A stretch of DNA of 64,000 bases from Heptranchias perlo (lineage: Eukaryota), in assembly GCF_035084215.1 (NCBI RefSeq), contig NC_090370.1, positions 21,018,001 through 21,082,000 of the forward strand, in the 5' to 3' direction. Of this stretch, positions 40,290 through 53,924 are shown piece after piece (position 1 is the first letter of the stretch; every line of letters starts with the position of its first letter). Position numbers and translations under genes: made by a program. The notes under the pieces were generated by a model. It saw only the letters and a list, made by a program, of their open reading frames with translations, made no database searches and was not told the origin of the DNA.

Positions 40290-40690
40290 CCAGATATCTG
40301 CGCATGCGTAACTCAGCCCCGCCCCCAGCGCTGGTGAGCAGAAGAGCGCATGCGCGCTCCCCTCCCCCAGCTCGGCCTGTGGGCGCCATTCCCTCAGTGA
40401 GCGGAAGAAGATGGTTTAAAACAGCCGGGAATGGAGAGATCACGGCCCCCGGGGGAAGGGAGCAAAGAGCAGCCTCGTTACAGCAGCTCATCGCTTCGGG
40501 ACCGTGTCCGCAGATGGGCTCAGAGATCGGCATTGAGTCCGGGGGAAGCTCAGGGGGAGTCCGGGGGCTGTTTGTAAGAGGCGGAGTGGATCAGGAACTG
40601 GTCCCGGAACATGGAGTGAGAGGGGAAAGGGAGAGGGCATTCTCGGGCTGTGTGTGTACAGGGTGTGTCCAGGGGAAGGGAGACTGAATG
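40290..40690 (+). promoter_or_regulatory. CpG-rich promoter/first-exon-like element, copy 2
   Basis: Near-identical to 25140-25530; part of the direct paralog 39640-41410. Confidence 0.65.
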
Positions 40691-41243
40691 GGAAGAACCT
40701 GCTATTAAAAATCATTGCTGCTTTCTCTCCCCAAACCAGTAGTGAATTGTTCCTGGTTTAGTTTCAGTCTCACCCTGTTTATTGTGATTGGACAGTGAAC
40801 AGTGGAAACAGAGCCGGACAGTCAGGATGTGGGGAGTGAAACAAAGAGCATCTACTGCCGGCACCAGGTGAGAAGTGTGAAGGACACGATTTAAAAAGAG
40901 GCTGTTTGGTTTCGGTTGAACGGTTAGTCCCATTGGAGAGGGGATTAGAAACCTGACCGGTACAAAGGTCCCTGCCACATCGGGTAGTCCCATTCATGGA
41001 TCAGTGCAGGGGTTGGGTTGTGTCTGGATATCACTAAATTGTTTTAAAATCGCCCAACACACCTGGTGTGCAGAAGCTGAGAGCTGCAGTACTGCAGTGG
41101 AGTCAGACACTGACACTCTTTGTATCACTGGTTTTCATTTGTGGATATTCAAAATGATCATTAACAGATATATTAAATTGATCACTTTTGTTTTTTCTAC
41201 CTCACCTGTTCCTGAGCAACAAGATATAATTTTCTTTCTACAG

Positions 41244-41330
41244 GCAAATCCTTGAAGGACCCAGAATAAATGTGATGTTTCCTCCACCTGAGTCAGAAGG
41301 AACAGTGCAGCCAGCTCCTTCTCACAAACA
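41244..41330 (+). other. Candidate internal exon, copy 2 (87 nt)
   Basis: TTTTCTTTCTACAG| ... ACA|GTAGGT. Confidence 0.55.
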
Positions 41331-41489
41331 GTAGGTATATTATCATTCACAGAGCACAGAGACACAGACAGGTCATCAGGTCCACAGTCTCAGACTGCAG
41401 AAGTGGTCAGGCCCACTTAAATACTGGGAAAAATTATTTATACATTTAGGTATGAAAGATACAGTTTTGAACGCCATATTCTGAACTGA

Positions 41490-43830
41490 GATACAAATTA
41501 GATACAGATAAAGAATGAATCTCATACTCAGATCCAGTGCCAGAGACTGACATATGGAATGATTCTCACACTCACACAATGTACCAGTGATTGATAGATA
41601 CAGAACAAATCCCACACTCACATACAGTAGCACAGACTGACAGATACAGAATTTATATCACTCATAGACAGTATCAGAGATTGATGGAAACGGAATGAAT
41701 GTCTCAATCACATACAGCATCAGAGACTGACAGATATGGAATGAATCCCAAATTCACACACAGTGACAGAGACTGACAGGAACAGAGAGAATCACAAGTA
41801 CCACAGTCAGACAGATACAGAATGAATCTCACTTGCATACAGTACCAGGGACTGACCGAAATAGAATGAATCCCACACTCACACACAGTACCACAGGTTG
41901 ACAGATACAGAATGAATCTCACAGTCACATTATTGCAGACTGAGTTACACATAACAAGCCAGTCCAAAAATCTTACAGTGTCATATCGAAAGATAATGTT
42001 TGAATTCGATTAGTGCAGACTGAGCAAAACGTTACATAGCAGTCGAACAATTTCATACCATATCAGACTCAAAGATACAACATCAATTCCATTAGCATGC
42101 ACTGAGCTATATGTTACACACCAGTCCAAAAATCTCATACAGTATCAGACTGAGATACTGAATTAATTCCATTATTATAGACTGAGTTACACATTATATT
42201 CCAGTCCAATAATTTCACCGTGAACAGATTGAAAGGTACATTGTCATTCACAATAAAGTTCAGAGATTAAGATGTAACACTACTCCAAAACTCTCACACA
42301 TTGTTTGATTGAAGAAAATCCATAAGTGTATCAATATTTACAAATTAAACACTCGACAAAAAAGCATGTACTTTAAAGTATTAAAGATATAGTTTCAAAT
42401 ACAATAATGTAAACTGAAATAAGAATACAGAGTGAATCCAGACTTGCACATTGCCTCAGAGACTGAATTGCAGAAATAATGCCACACTGAGATAAAGCAG
42501 CAGAGAATGGCTGATACAGAATGAATTCCACACTCACAGCCAGAACCAGAGAATGACAGATACAGAATGAATCCCATACTCACAGACAGTACCAGAGAAT
42601 GTCAGTTACAGAATTAGTCCCACACTCATATATCGTATCAGAGACTGACAGATACAGAATAAAACCCACACTCATATACAGTATCAGAGAGTGACAAATA
42701 CAGAATAAACCCCACACTCGCACACAGCACCGGAGACAGACAGATTCAGAATAAAGCCCACACTGGCTTACAGTACCAGAGAGTGAAAGATACAGAATAA
42801 ACCCCACAAACATGTACAGTACGAGAGACTGACAGGCACAGAATGAATCCCACACTCACACACAGTACCAGAGACAGACAGATACAGAATAAACCCCACA
42901 TTCATATACAGTACCAGAGACAGGGAGATACAGAATAAACCCCACACGCACACACAGTACCAGAGACAGATAGATACAGAATAAATCCCACATTCGCATA
43001 GAGTACCCGAGACTGACAGATACAGAATAAACCACACACACATTTATAGTATCAGAGACTGACAGGCACAGAATAAACCTCACACTCGCATGCAGCACCA
43101 GAGACTGTCAGATACAGAATAAACCCCACATTCATAGACAGCACCAGAGACTGACAGATACAGAATAAATCCCACACTCATGTAAAGTACCAGAGACAGA
43201 CAAATACAGAATAAACCCCACGCTCATATACTGTACAAGAGACATGAGATACAGAATAAATCACACACAGCACCAGAGACAGACAGATACAGAATAAACC
43301 CCACACTCATATACAGTACCAGAGACAGGGAGATACAGAATAAATCCCACAATCACACACAGTACCAGAGACTGACAGATACAGAATGAATCCCACACTC
43401 AAAGACAGTACTAGAGACTGAGAGAGACAGAATAAACCCCACACTCATATGCAGTACCCGAGACAGACAGATACAGAGTAAACCCCACACTCACACACAG
43501 TACCAGATGCAGACAGATGCAGAGTACACCCCACAATCATGTTAAGTGCCAGAGACAGACAGATACAGAATAAACCCCAAACTCATGTACAGTATCAGAG
43601 ACAGACAGATACATTATAAAACCCACACTCACACACAGTAAATGAGACAGACAGATAAAGAATAAATCCCACACTCATGTACAGTACCAGATAACAACAA
43701 ATACAGAATAAACCCCAAACTCATGTACAGTATCGGAGACAGACAGATACAGAATAAACCCCAAACTCATGTACAGTATCGGAGACAGACAGATACAGAA
43801 TAAACCCCACTCTCATCTTCAGTACCAGAA
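41490..43830. repeat. Composite 46-bp and 82-bp satellite block
   Basis: About 30 units of GATACAGAAT(A/G)AA(C/T)CCCACACTCA in 42460-43830; 82-bp-type units at 41930-42220. Confidence 0.9.
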
Positions 43831-44614
43831 ACTGGCCTCCAATGGACGTAAGCGAGAACTGTATACGAGTGGAACAAATTCACTTTGTCTGTCGTGGTTG
43901 CAGAAACAGGACAATGTGCAATGTGAGGAAAGTTTCTGTCTGTAACTTCTACTCTCGTATTTTTGCACATTTTGATCGTGAAAAATGAGGACAATTTACT
44001 CATTAAAGTTTTGTTTTACTCATTCAATAGTTGTGAATTTTCCCCATTATATTTCACTGTACATTGCGCAGTATTTCTCTCTGATTTCTCAGGTCGATTT
44101 ACTTTGCTCCTCTACCCCGTTTAGACTCTTATTTTCCAAGCAGTATGCGGCCAACTTGTTCCCCTGGCAAAATGCACCAGCTCACACTTTCTATATTGAA
44201 ATTCAATGGTCATGAACACGGCCGTTCTGCAGACTTACTTTGTTGCATTCTTCCTCAGGATTGACTATCACCCCCTAAATCAATTATAAGAATGTAACAC
44301 AGCATTACAACTAATGTTTGGTCCAACAAAATGTACTTGCAGCTCGTCTCCATTCCCAGTTTTTCTAAATCCCACTCGTGCAATATAATGTGAAGAATTA
44401 GTTTCTGTTCTGTCCCTCTCTCATCTGCAAACTTCACTGTCCCGGGGTTTGGGGACATCTACTGGCCGGAAGCAGAACTGCAACAGTTCGGAACAAATTG
44501 CTGAAACCGGACAATGTGCAGTGTGAGCGTGTTTGTGATTGGTGGCAGGTACTAAATCTGATTGGATATCTCAAGAAATCAATCAGAGAGTGAAAGAAAC
44601 AGGTGTGTCTTTGG

Positions 44615-45485
44615 GGATGTCTTACTGCTGTTATACAGGGCCTTGGTGAGACCACATCTGGAGTATTGTGTGCAGTTCTGGTCTCCTTATCTGAGGAAGG
44701 ATGTCCTTGCCATGGAGGGAGTGCAACGAAGGTTTACCAGACTGATTCCTGGGATGGCAGAACTGACGTATGAGGAGAGATTGGGTCGACTCGGCCAGTA
44801 TTCACTCGAGTTAAAAGAATGAGAGATGATCTCTTCAAAACATATCAAATTCTAACAGGACTAGACAGACCAAATGCAGGGAGGATGTTCCCGATGGCTG
44901 GGGAGTCCAGAACCAGGGGTCAGAGTCTCAGGATACGGAGTATGCAATTTGGAACCGAGATGAGGAGAAAATTCTTCACTCAGAGGGTGGTGAACCTGTG
45001 GAATTCTCTACCACAGAAGGCAGTGGAGGCCAAGTCATTAGATGTGTTCAAGAATGAGATAGATATATTTCATACTGCTAAAGGGATCAAGGGATATTAG
45101 AGCCAGACCTTTCAGGAGCGAGATTAGAAAACATTTCTCCACACAAAGGGTGGTAAAAGTTTGGAACTCTCTTCCGCAAACGGCAATTGATACTAGCTCA
45201 ATTGCTAAATTTAAATCTGAGATGGATAGCTTTTTGGCAACCAAAGGTATTAAGGGATATGGGCCAAAGGCGAGTACATGGAGTTAGAACACAGATCAGC
45301 CATGATCTTATCAAATGGCAGAGCAGGCAGGAGGGGCTGAATGGCCTACTCCTGTTCCTATGTTTTTATATGGGGAAAAAGCGGGAACAGGGTACTGAGT
45401 TCGACGATCAGCCATGATCATTTTGAATGGCAGAGCAGACCCGAAGGCCGGAATGGCCGACTCTTACTCATATTTTCTATGTCAG
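44615..45485 (+). mobile_element. Nested CR1 3' fragments inserted in an H2B promoter copy
   Basis: [20 protein letters not shown]...; a second CR1 3' end at ~45098-45370. The flanks match the two halves of the H2B promoter. Confidence 0.85.
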
Positions 45486-45622
45486 GTGGCATCACTCTCA
45501 TCCGTCCAATCACAATCATTGCCTTCCCCCATCCCTCATTAGCATAGGGCTGTGGGGCTTCCTATTTCATCCGAGCTCGGAGCGGATTTGGGTCATTTCT
45601 GGGTCAGAAATTGAGTTTGAAC

Positions 45623-45709
45623 ATGCCTGAGGACAAGAAAACAGCTCCCAAGAAAGGCACCAAGAAATCCTTCAGTAAAGCACCAGCCAACGGCGGCAAG
45701 AAGTCGTAA
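45623..45709 (+). pseudogene. 5' fragment of histone H2B (28 codons) cut at an inversion junction
   Basis: MPEDKKTAPKKGTKKSFSKAPANGGKKS*, after which the sequence switches to the inverted H2A 3' flank. Confidence 0.9.
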
Positions 45710-46190
45710 CTGACACAGGAACAGAATAATTCCCTCGCTCACATCCAATAACAGAAAAATGTGATTCACTGATTCAGTAATCGCTGACACAATAATCAAC
45801 ACATCAGTCAGCTTCTGCTATATAAATGTGGGTAAAATAATACAGACCGAGCAAGTGTTGTCGGAGGATAAGACTGTAAATATTATTGGGTGGAACAGAA
45901 CAGAATGCCTCTTGATGCCGATGATCAAACGTCCCTGGTATTTCTGTATCCCACCCGCCCAGTTTAATGACAATTTTGATATTTTGTCTCATTCACCACA
46001 CAAACTGCAAATATCAATCTATTGGAGGTTGGCGACATCTGCTGTCCGGAAGCGAGTACTTCAACAGACCGATCTGGATCATTTGTTATCAACAAGTTAT
46101 TGTTAGTTCGAGAATCGGAATCAAGTCCTTATTAAATTGATCCCTGACTCTCTTCAGTCAGTAACCAGCCCTTTCAAAGATACAGTGGGT

Positions 46191-46206
46191 GGCTCTGAAA
46201 AGAGCC
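46191..46206 (-). terminator. H2A 3' stem-loop
   Basis: GGCTCTTTTCAGAGCC-ACCCA, with GAAAGGGCTG downstream. Confidence 0.95.
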
Positions 46207-46236
46207 TTTGGGTTATCAGATTAAATCTTGGCCGCT

Positions 46237-46731
<495 letters not shown>

Positions 46732-47504
46732 CTATTCGCAATCTCATTGGGCTGTTCGTTGAACCAATCAGAGAGCTGCTTTATTCACCAATCAATAGCC
46801 GGCAATGGGAAAAGGGCGGAAAATACCGAACTGAACAGTTGATGAAATTTGAAAAGCCCGCCAATATATTTCCAACACAAGAAGCGGATTTATTAAACAA
46901 TGTCGCTTAAAGACAAAGATTTAAAAATCTCTCTCCTTTTACTCTGTTATTCCACATTTCCCGTCACAACTTCTAGAATCTTTTACAATCCGGTTAAAAT
47001 CCGCCTTCATTCACCTTTCGCTTTCAATCGGGCGGGAATAAAGCCCCATTTTGTAACGGGACAGATTCCAGCTCAATCTTTGTAAAAGTAACAAACCACA
47101 GATTGTGGATTGATCCCTGTGCACAGGAGCTGCAGCGCGATCGAAACCGGAGCCGAGACTCCTGGTGTAAGAAGCCGAACAGTGACAGAGTCTTTAGACT
47201 ATTCTGTACTCGGTGTGAACACCCTTTCGGGATTGCTGCTTTACAAAGGATTGCGGTTCTGAAAGTGATATTCCCGAATAATGAGCAAACAAAGGTGACA
47301 AGGAGAAAGAAATGACTGAAGTGTAATCCACCGCCTTAAAACGGCTCTGATGGGGCAGATGCGGGGGAAGGGGCGGAATATGAGCGGGAATGAGAGGATC
47401 AAGGACACGTTTTTAGTTATTGGGACTGAATAAAAAAGCGATCCACTGATTATACTGGGCAGTGATTGAGAGAATCTTACAGATTTCAAGAGAAATTTCA
47501 AAAG

Positions 47505-47700
47505 CACAAGAACATAGGAACAGGGAGTCGGCCATTCAGCCCCTCTTTCCTGCTCCGCCATTTGATAAGATCATGGCTGATCTGTGATCTAACTCCATAC
47601 ACCTGCCATTGCCCCATATCCCTTCATACCTTTCGTTGCCAAAAAGCTATCTATCTGATTTAAATTTAGCATTTGAGCTGGTATCAATTGCCGTTAGAGA
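47505..47700 (-). mobile_element. CR1 3'-tail fragment
   Basis: Same tail as at 1899-2080. Confidence 0.8.
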
Positions 47701-47780
47701 GAACGTTAGTGTCAAATTATCTACAGTAAAATGATTCCATACAGAGGTGTCGGTACAGCGTCTTCAGAGAGACTGTGGGT

Positions 47781-47796
47781 GGCTCTTAAAAGAGCC
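47781..47796 (-). terminator. H2B 3' stem-loop
   Basis: GGCTCTTTTAAGAGCC-ACCCA on the minus strand. Confidence 0.95.
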
Positions 47797-47832
47797 TTTG
47801 TGTTTAAAATTTTTTCAGTTAATTGTTGAGTT

Positions 47833-48207
47833 TTACTTGGAGCTGGTATATTTGGTCACTGCCTTTGTCCCTTCTGAAACGGCGTGCTTGGCCAGTTCCC
47901 CGGGCAGCAGCAGGCGCACGGCGGTCTGGATCTCCCGGGAGCTGATGGTCGCCCGCTTGTTGTAATGGGCCAGGCGGGAAGCCTCACCTGCGATGCGCTC
48001 GAAAATATCGTTCACAAAGGAGTTCATGATGCCCATGGCCTTGGAGGAGATGCCGGTGTCGGGGTGAACCTGCCTCATCACTTTGTAGATGTAGATGGAG
48101 TAACTCTCCTTCCTCGACTTTCTCCGCTTCTTGCCGCCTTTGCCCGGTGCTTTATTCAAGGTTTTCTTGGCGCCCTTCTTGGGAGCTGCTTTCTTGTCCT
48201 CAGGCAT
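47833..48207 (-). CDS. H2B: Histone H2B (124 aa)
   Basis: Intact ORF; differs from the 31808 copy at five residues (LNKAPG, VMRQ, AMGIM, FVND). Confidence 0.96.
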   Translation of the reverse strand: MPEDKKAAPKKGAKKTLNKAPGKGGKKRRKSRKESYSIYIYKVMRQVHPDTGISSKAMGIMNSFVNDIFERIAGEASRLAHYNKRATISSREIQTAVRLLLPGELAKHAVSEGTKAVTKYTSSK

Positions 48208-49833
48208 TTTCAAACTCAATTTCAGACCCAGAAATGACCCAAATCCGCTCCGAGCTCGGATTAAATCGGCAGCCCCACAGCCCTATGCTAATGAGGGATG
48301 GGGGAAGCTAATGATTGTGATTGGGTCATTGGGAGTGATGCAACGTCGTCTATTATTTTCATTCTCTGATTGGATATCTGAAGAAACCAATCAGATTTAG
48401 TACCTGCCACCAATCACAAACACGCTCACACTGCACATTGTCCGGTTTCAGCAATTTGTTCCGAACTGTTGCAGTTCTGCTTCCGGCCAGTAGATGTCCC
48501 CAAACCCCGGGACAGTGAAGTTTGCAGATGAGAGAGGGACAGAGCAGAAACTAATTCTTCACATTATATTGCACGAGTGGGATTTAGATAAACTGGGAAT
48601 GGAGAACATTTTGTCAGACAAATCATTAGTTGTAATGCTGTATTAAATGCTTGTAATTAATTTCGGGGTTATAGCCGATACTGAGGAAGAATGCAACAAA
48701 ATACATGAAGACTTTTATCAGCTTGCTGAAAGGCGGTCGAAATGGCCATTGAATTTCCATATAAAAAGGTGTGAGGTGGTGCATTTTGCTCGGAGAAATA
48801 AGGAGGCCACATACTGCTTGGAAATTAAGAGTCTAAATGGGGTGGAAGAACAAAGGGATTTCGGGGTACAGATTGATAAATGATTAAAAGTAGCAGCACA
48901 GGATGATAAGGCCATAAAAAAGCAAACACATAGGTTTATTCCCAGAGGAATAGAATTGTAAAGCAGGTAAGTTCCGTCGAACTGTAATTTAAACTGTCAA
49001 ACCTTTGGCCAAACTGTTAAGCTTTCCTTTTCTGAAATCTGTGCTGACTATTCTTTGTTATATTTTCGGTTTCTAGATGTTTTTCTGTTGCTTCATTGAG
49101 TAAAGGATTCCATGATCAATCCTACCACCGACCTTTAGTTAACTGGTCTTATGTTCCCTGGACTTGTTCTACATCCTGTTTTAAAATATAAGAATCACAT
49201 TAGCTGTCATCCAGTCCTCTGGCACTATTCCTTTTTTGATGATTTTTTCCGATGCATGTAACAATGCCTCTGCTATCTCTTCCCTTGCTTCATTTAATAT
49301 GCACAGATGCAATCTATCTGGACCAGGAGTTTAACCACACTTTCGAACATAAATGCCTTGATATCTTTATTGATCTCTTCCTCTAATACATTCACCCTGT
49401 TAATCTCCCGGGTAAATACTGAGGCAAAGTAACAATTCAACATTTCTGCCATTTCGCTGACGTTATCTGTGAGTTTATCTTGTGCATCACTTAGTGGCAC
49501 TCAATTAATTCTGATTTTCCTTTTGTTATTTTTGTGTCAGTGGAATAATTTACTATTTCTTTTTATATTCCTTGATAATTTGATTTCCTGGCTCCTGTTT
49601 GCTTCCCGAATTTTTTTTGTGACTTCTTCCGAGCCTCTTCCTATTCGTTTTTGCCATCCTCTTATTTAATATCTATGAATGAGAAATTCCACCAGCTTGT
49701 TGTGTCTGTTCAGGGGCTGATGTTTGGGAACTATTTATTGTCTATGATTAAAGTGCCAGAAACCCAAAGGGAGCAATTCAGTCCGAAACTCCACAGAAAC
49801 ACTCCACTTCTCCCTCCTGGTGAAATAAGGCGC

Positions 49834-49895
49834 TAGAATGGTGAGTATAGCTGCCTTCCAAGCAGTTAATTCCAACAGGTTTGAATCCCAGCACG
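49834..49895 (+). pseudogene. tRNA-Gly(TCC) fragment (mirror of 30163-30227)
   Basis: TGGTGAGTATAGCTGCCTTCCAAGCAGTT followed by GGTTTGAATCCC. Confidence 0.65.
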
Positions 49896-50644
49896 CTGAA
49901 TTCAGAAACACCAAGACTGGAACTGAATTTGATGATGTTCAGAGGGACAGTGTTTCCAAAACACAAACGGGTTTAATTTATATTAAAAATACTTTTAAAA
50001 TTCATTTATTTCCCGCATAATGTTGAATTTAACTCTGTTCCTTTGTATTATTATTTGCCCTGATCTGTACGGTGGATACGAGACACAATTGCTCGGATTC
50101 AGTGAAATTAATTGATTTTCGGAAGTTTTTCCTCTGATGATTCCTTTTCCTTATTTAAATTATATCGGATTAACCTTTCTGATCTATTGAAGGGTCATCG
50201 TCCTGAACCGTTAACCCGAGCCTCCCTTCTCCACAGGTGCTGCCGGACCTGCTGAGTCTTTCCAGCATTTTCGGTTTTAATTTTTTCTGTATTTTGTCCC
50301 TTTCACTTTTGACGGTCGCCGTTGAACCTTCCAGATTTGCGCTCAGTTTTTATTTGTGCTTCAGTTCGGTTTATTTGAATTAATATAAATCGTGTCCTGA
50401 GAAATCAGACAGAAATATTGTGCAATGGAGAGTGAAATATAATGGGGCAACTTTCGAATGAGCAAAACAAAAACTTTATTATGAATCAATTGTCTAATTT
50501 TTCACTGAAAAACATGAAAAAATATGAGAGTAGAAGTTACAGAGAGAAACTATTTCCTCACATTGCACATTGTCCTGAATCTGAAACAACGACAGATAAT
50601 GTGAATTTCTTCCGCTCTGTTACAGTTCTCACTTATGGCCAGTC

Positions 50645-52260
50645 GATGTCAGATTGTATGTGAGTGTGAGAGTAATTCTCTGTCTGTCAGTTTCTGGTAC
50701 TGTATGTGAGCGTGATATTCATTCTGTATCCGTCAGTCGCCAGTTCAGTCTGTGAGTGTGGGATTCATTCTGTATCTGTCAATCTGTGGGAATGTGTGTG
50801 AGTGTGGGATTCATTCTGTCTCTGTCAATCTCTGGTATTTTATCTCAGTGTTGGATTCATTCTGTACCTCAGTCTCTGGGCAAAGTGCAAGTCTGGATTC
50901 GTTCTGTATTCTTATTTCAGGCTGCAGTATGGTGCTTGAAACTGTATCTTTAATTCACTAATTTATGCAAATCTTTTGTGTAGCATTAATTTGTAAATAT
51001 GGATACACTTTTGGATTTTGTTTCAATCAAACAACGTGTGGGAGTTTTTTGTCGGATTATATCTTAATCTCTGTGAAGATAATGTACACTTCAGTCTTTT
51101 ACTGTGAAATTATTGGACTGGTATTTATGGTGTAGCTCAGTCAGTACTAATGGAATTGACACTCTTTCTTTCAGTCTGACACGGTATGAGATATTTGGAC
51201 TCGTGTGTAAGGTGCAGCTCACTCTGTACTCATGGAATTGACACTCTTTCTTTCAGTCTGACACTGTATGAGATTTTTGGACTGGTGTGCAATGTGTGGT
51301 TCAGTCTGCACGAATGGAATTGACATTCCAACTTTCAGTCAGACACTGCAAGAGATTTTTGGTCTCGTTTGTAATGTGTAGCTTAGCCTACATTAATAGG
51401 ATTCATGCTGTATGTTTCAGTTTGATAAAGTATCAGATTTTTGGACGGTATATAATGTGTAGCTCAGTCTGCACTAATGGAATTTATACTGTACCTTTCA
51501 ATCTGATACAAACCAGCCTAAATATATTACACAGTAAGGTGTAGTTCAGTCTGCACTAATGGAATTGATACTGTATCTTTCAATTTGTTACTGAATGTGA
51601 CTTTTGGACTTGAATCTAATGTATACCTCAGTCTGCACTAATGGGATTGATACTGTATCTTACAGTCTGATACTGTGTGAGATTTCTATACTGGTATGTA
51701 ACATGTAGGTCAGTCTGTACTAATCACATCGATACCATATCTTTCAGTCTGATATTGTACCCGATTTTTGGACAGGTATCTGATGTGAACGTCTGTATGC
51801 AGTAAAGGAATTGATACTGTACTTTCAGTTTGACACAATGTGATTTTTGGACAGGTAACTAATGTGTACCTCAGTCTGCACGAATGGGAATGATACTGTA
51901 TCTTCCAGTACAATAATTTATGTGAATATTGGTCTTGTATATAATGTGTAGCTCAATCTGCACTTATGGAAGTTATACTGTATCATTCAACTTGGCACTG
52001 TGATTTTTGGACTGGTATGTGATGTGTTGCTCAGTCTGCACAATTGGGGTTGATACTGTGTCTTTCAGTCTTATACTGTATGAGAATTTTGGACTGGTAT
52101 CTAATGTGTACCTCAGTCTGCAGTGAATGAATTGAAACTGTACATTTCATTCTGACACTATGAGGTTTTTGGACATATATGTGAGTCAAATATGGGTAAC
52201 ATCTGAACTGGTATCTAATTTGTATCTCAGTGTACAATAGTGGCATGAATACTGCATCTT
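50645..52260. repeat. 46-bp and 82-bp satellite block, inverted relative to 27380-29410
   Basis: GTGTGGGATTCATTCTGTATCTGTC and CTCAGTCTGCACTAATGGAATTGATACTGTATC units. Confidence 0.9.
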
Positions 52261-52637
52261 TAAACTCATAATGAGTGTGAGTTGTGGGCTGGTATTTAAT
52301 TTGAATCTTGGGGTGCATGATTGTGATTCATTCTGTACCTATCAATCAGTCCAATGTGTCAGTTCTATCTGGTATTTAATTTGTAGCTAAGGCTGAACTA
52401 ATGTGAGATTGACAGAGTGCCTTTCAATCTGATACTGGGTGTGATTTTGGACTGGGAATTATTTATCTGCCGGTCAGCTGTAATGAATCGTTGTGAAATG
52501 GAAATTACATCTGTCTCTCCTGCTCTGTTTCACTGTTGGATTGGGATCAGTGTGGGACTGACTATTTCCGCTGTCTGAGACTGTGGGACTGATGACCTGT
52601 CTGTGTCTCTGTGCTCTGTGAGTGATAATGTACTTAC

Positions 52638-52728
52638 TGTGTGTGAGAAGGAGCTGGCTGCACTGACTGCTCCTTGTGCCTCGGGTGGAGTAAACATCAC
52701 ACTGATTCTGGGTCCTTCAAGGATTTGA
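52638..52728 (-). other. Candidate internal exon, copy 4 (91 nt)
   Basis: Minus strand TTTTTCTTCCGACAG| ... ACA|GTAAGT. Confidence 0.55.
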
Positions 52729-53924
52729 CTGTCGGAAGAAAAAGATTCACTTGTAATTCAAGAACAGGTGAAATAGAAAATACAAAAGTGATCAATTGAA
52801 TCTCTCCGTTAATAATCATTGTAATAACCACAAATGAAAACCAGCGATACAAACAGTGTCAGTGTCTGACTCCACTGCAGTACTGCAGCTCTCAGCTTCT
52901 GCACACCAGGTGTGTTGGGCAGTTTTACAACAATTTAGTGACATCCAGACACAACCCAACCCCTGCACTGATCCATGAATGGGACTACCCGATGGGGCGG
53001 GGACCTTTGATCATATCAGATTTCTGTTTCCCACTCCCTTGGGACAAACCATTGAACTGAAACAAAACAGACGCTGTTTAAAATGTGTCCTTCAACCTTC
53101 TCACCTGATGTCTGCCATAGATGCTCTTTGTTTCACTCCCCATATCCTTACTGTCCGGCTCTGTTTACTTTTCAGAAACAAACACTACAGGTTAATGGGC
53201 AGGTTTAAAAAATCAGATTTAGTACCTGCCACCAATCATAAACACGCTCACACTGCACATTGTCCGGTTTCAGCAATTTGTTCCGACCAGTTCTGCTTCC
53301 GGCCAGTCGATGTCCCCAAACCCCGGGACAGTGAAGTTTGAAGATGAGAGAGGGACAGAGCAGAAACTAATTCTTCACATTATATTGCACGATTGGGATT
53401 TAGAAAAATTGGGAATGGAGGCGAGCTGCAAGTACATTTTGTTAGACCAAACATTAGTTGTAACGCAGTGTTAAATTCTTGTAATTGATTTAGGAGGTAT
53501 TGTCAACACTGAGGAAGACAGCGGCAAAATAAACTTGCAGAACGGCTGTGTAAATGGCCAGTGAATTTCAATATCGAAAGGTTTGCGGTGCTGCATTTCG
53601 CTGGAGGGAATAAGGAGGCCACATACTGCTTGAAAAATTACAGTCTAAATGGGATAGAGGAACAATGTAAATCGTGTCCTGAGAAATCAGAGAGAAATAC
53701 TGCGCAATGTGGCAAATTCACAACTATTGAACGAGTGGAACAAAAACTTTATTATGAATAAATTGTCTTCATTTTTCACTGTCAAAAAGTGCAAAAATTC
53801 GAGAGTAAAAGTTACAGACAGAAACTTTCCTCAAAATGCACATTGTCCTGTTTCTCTCACCACGACAGATAATGTGAATTTGATCCGCTCTTTTACAGTT
53901 CTCGCTTACGTCCATTCGAGGTCA

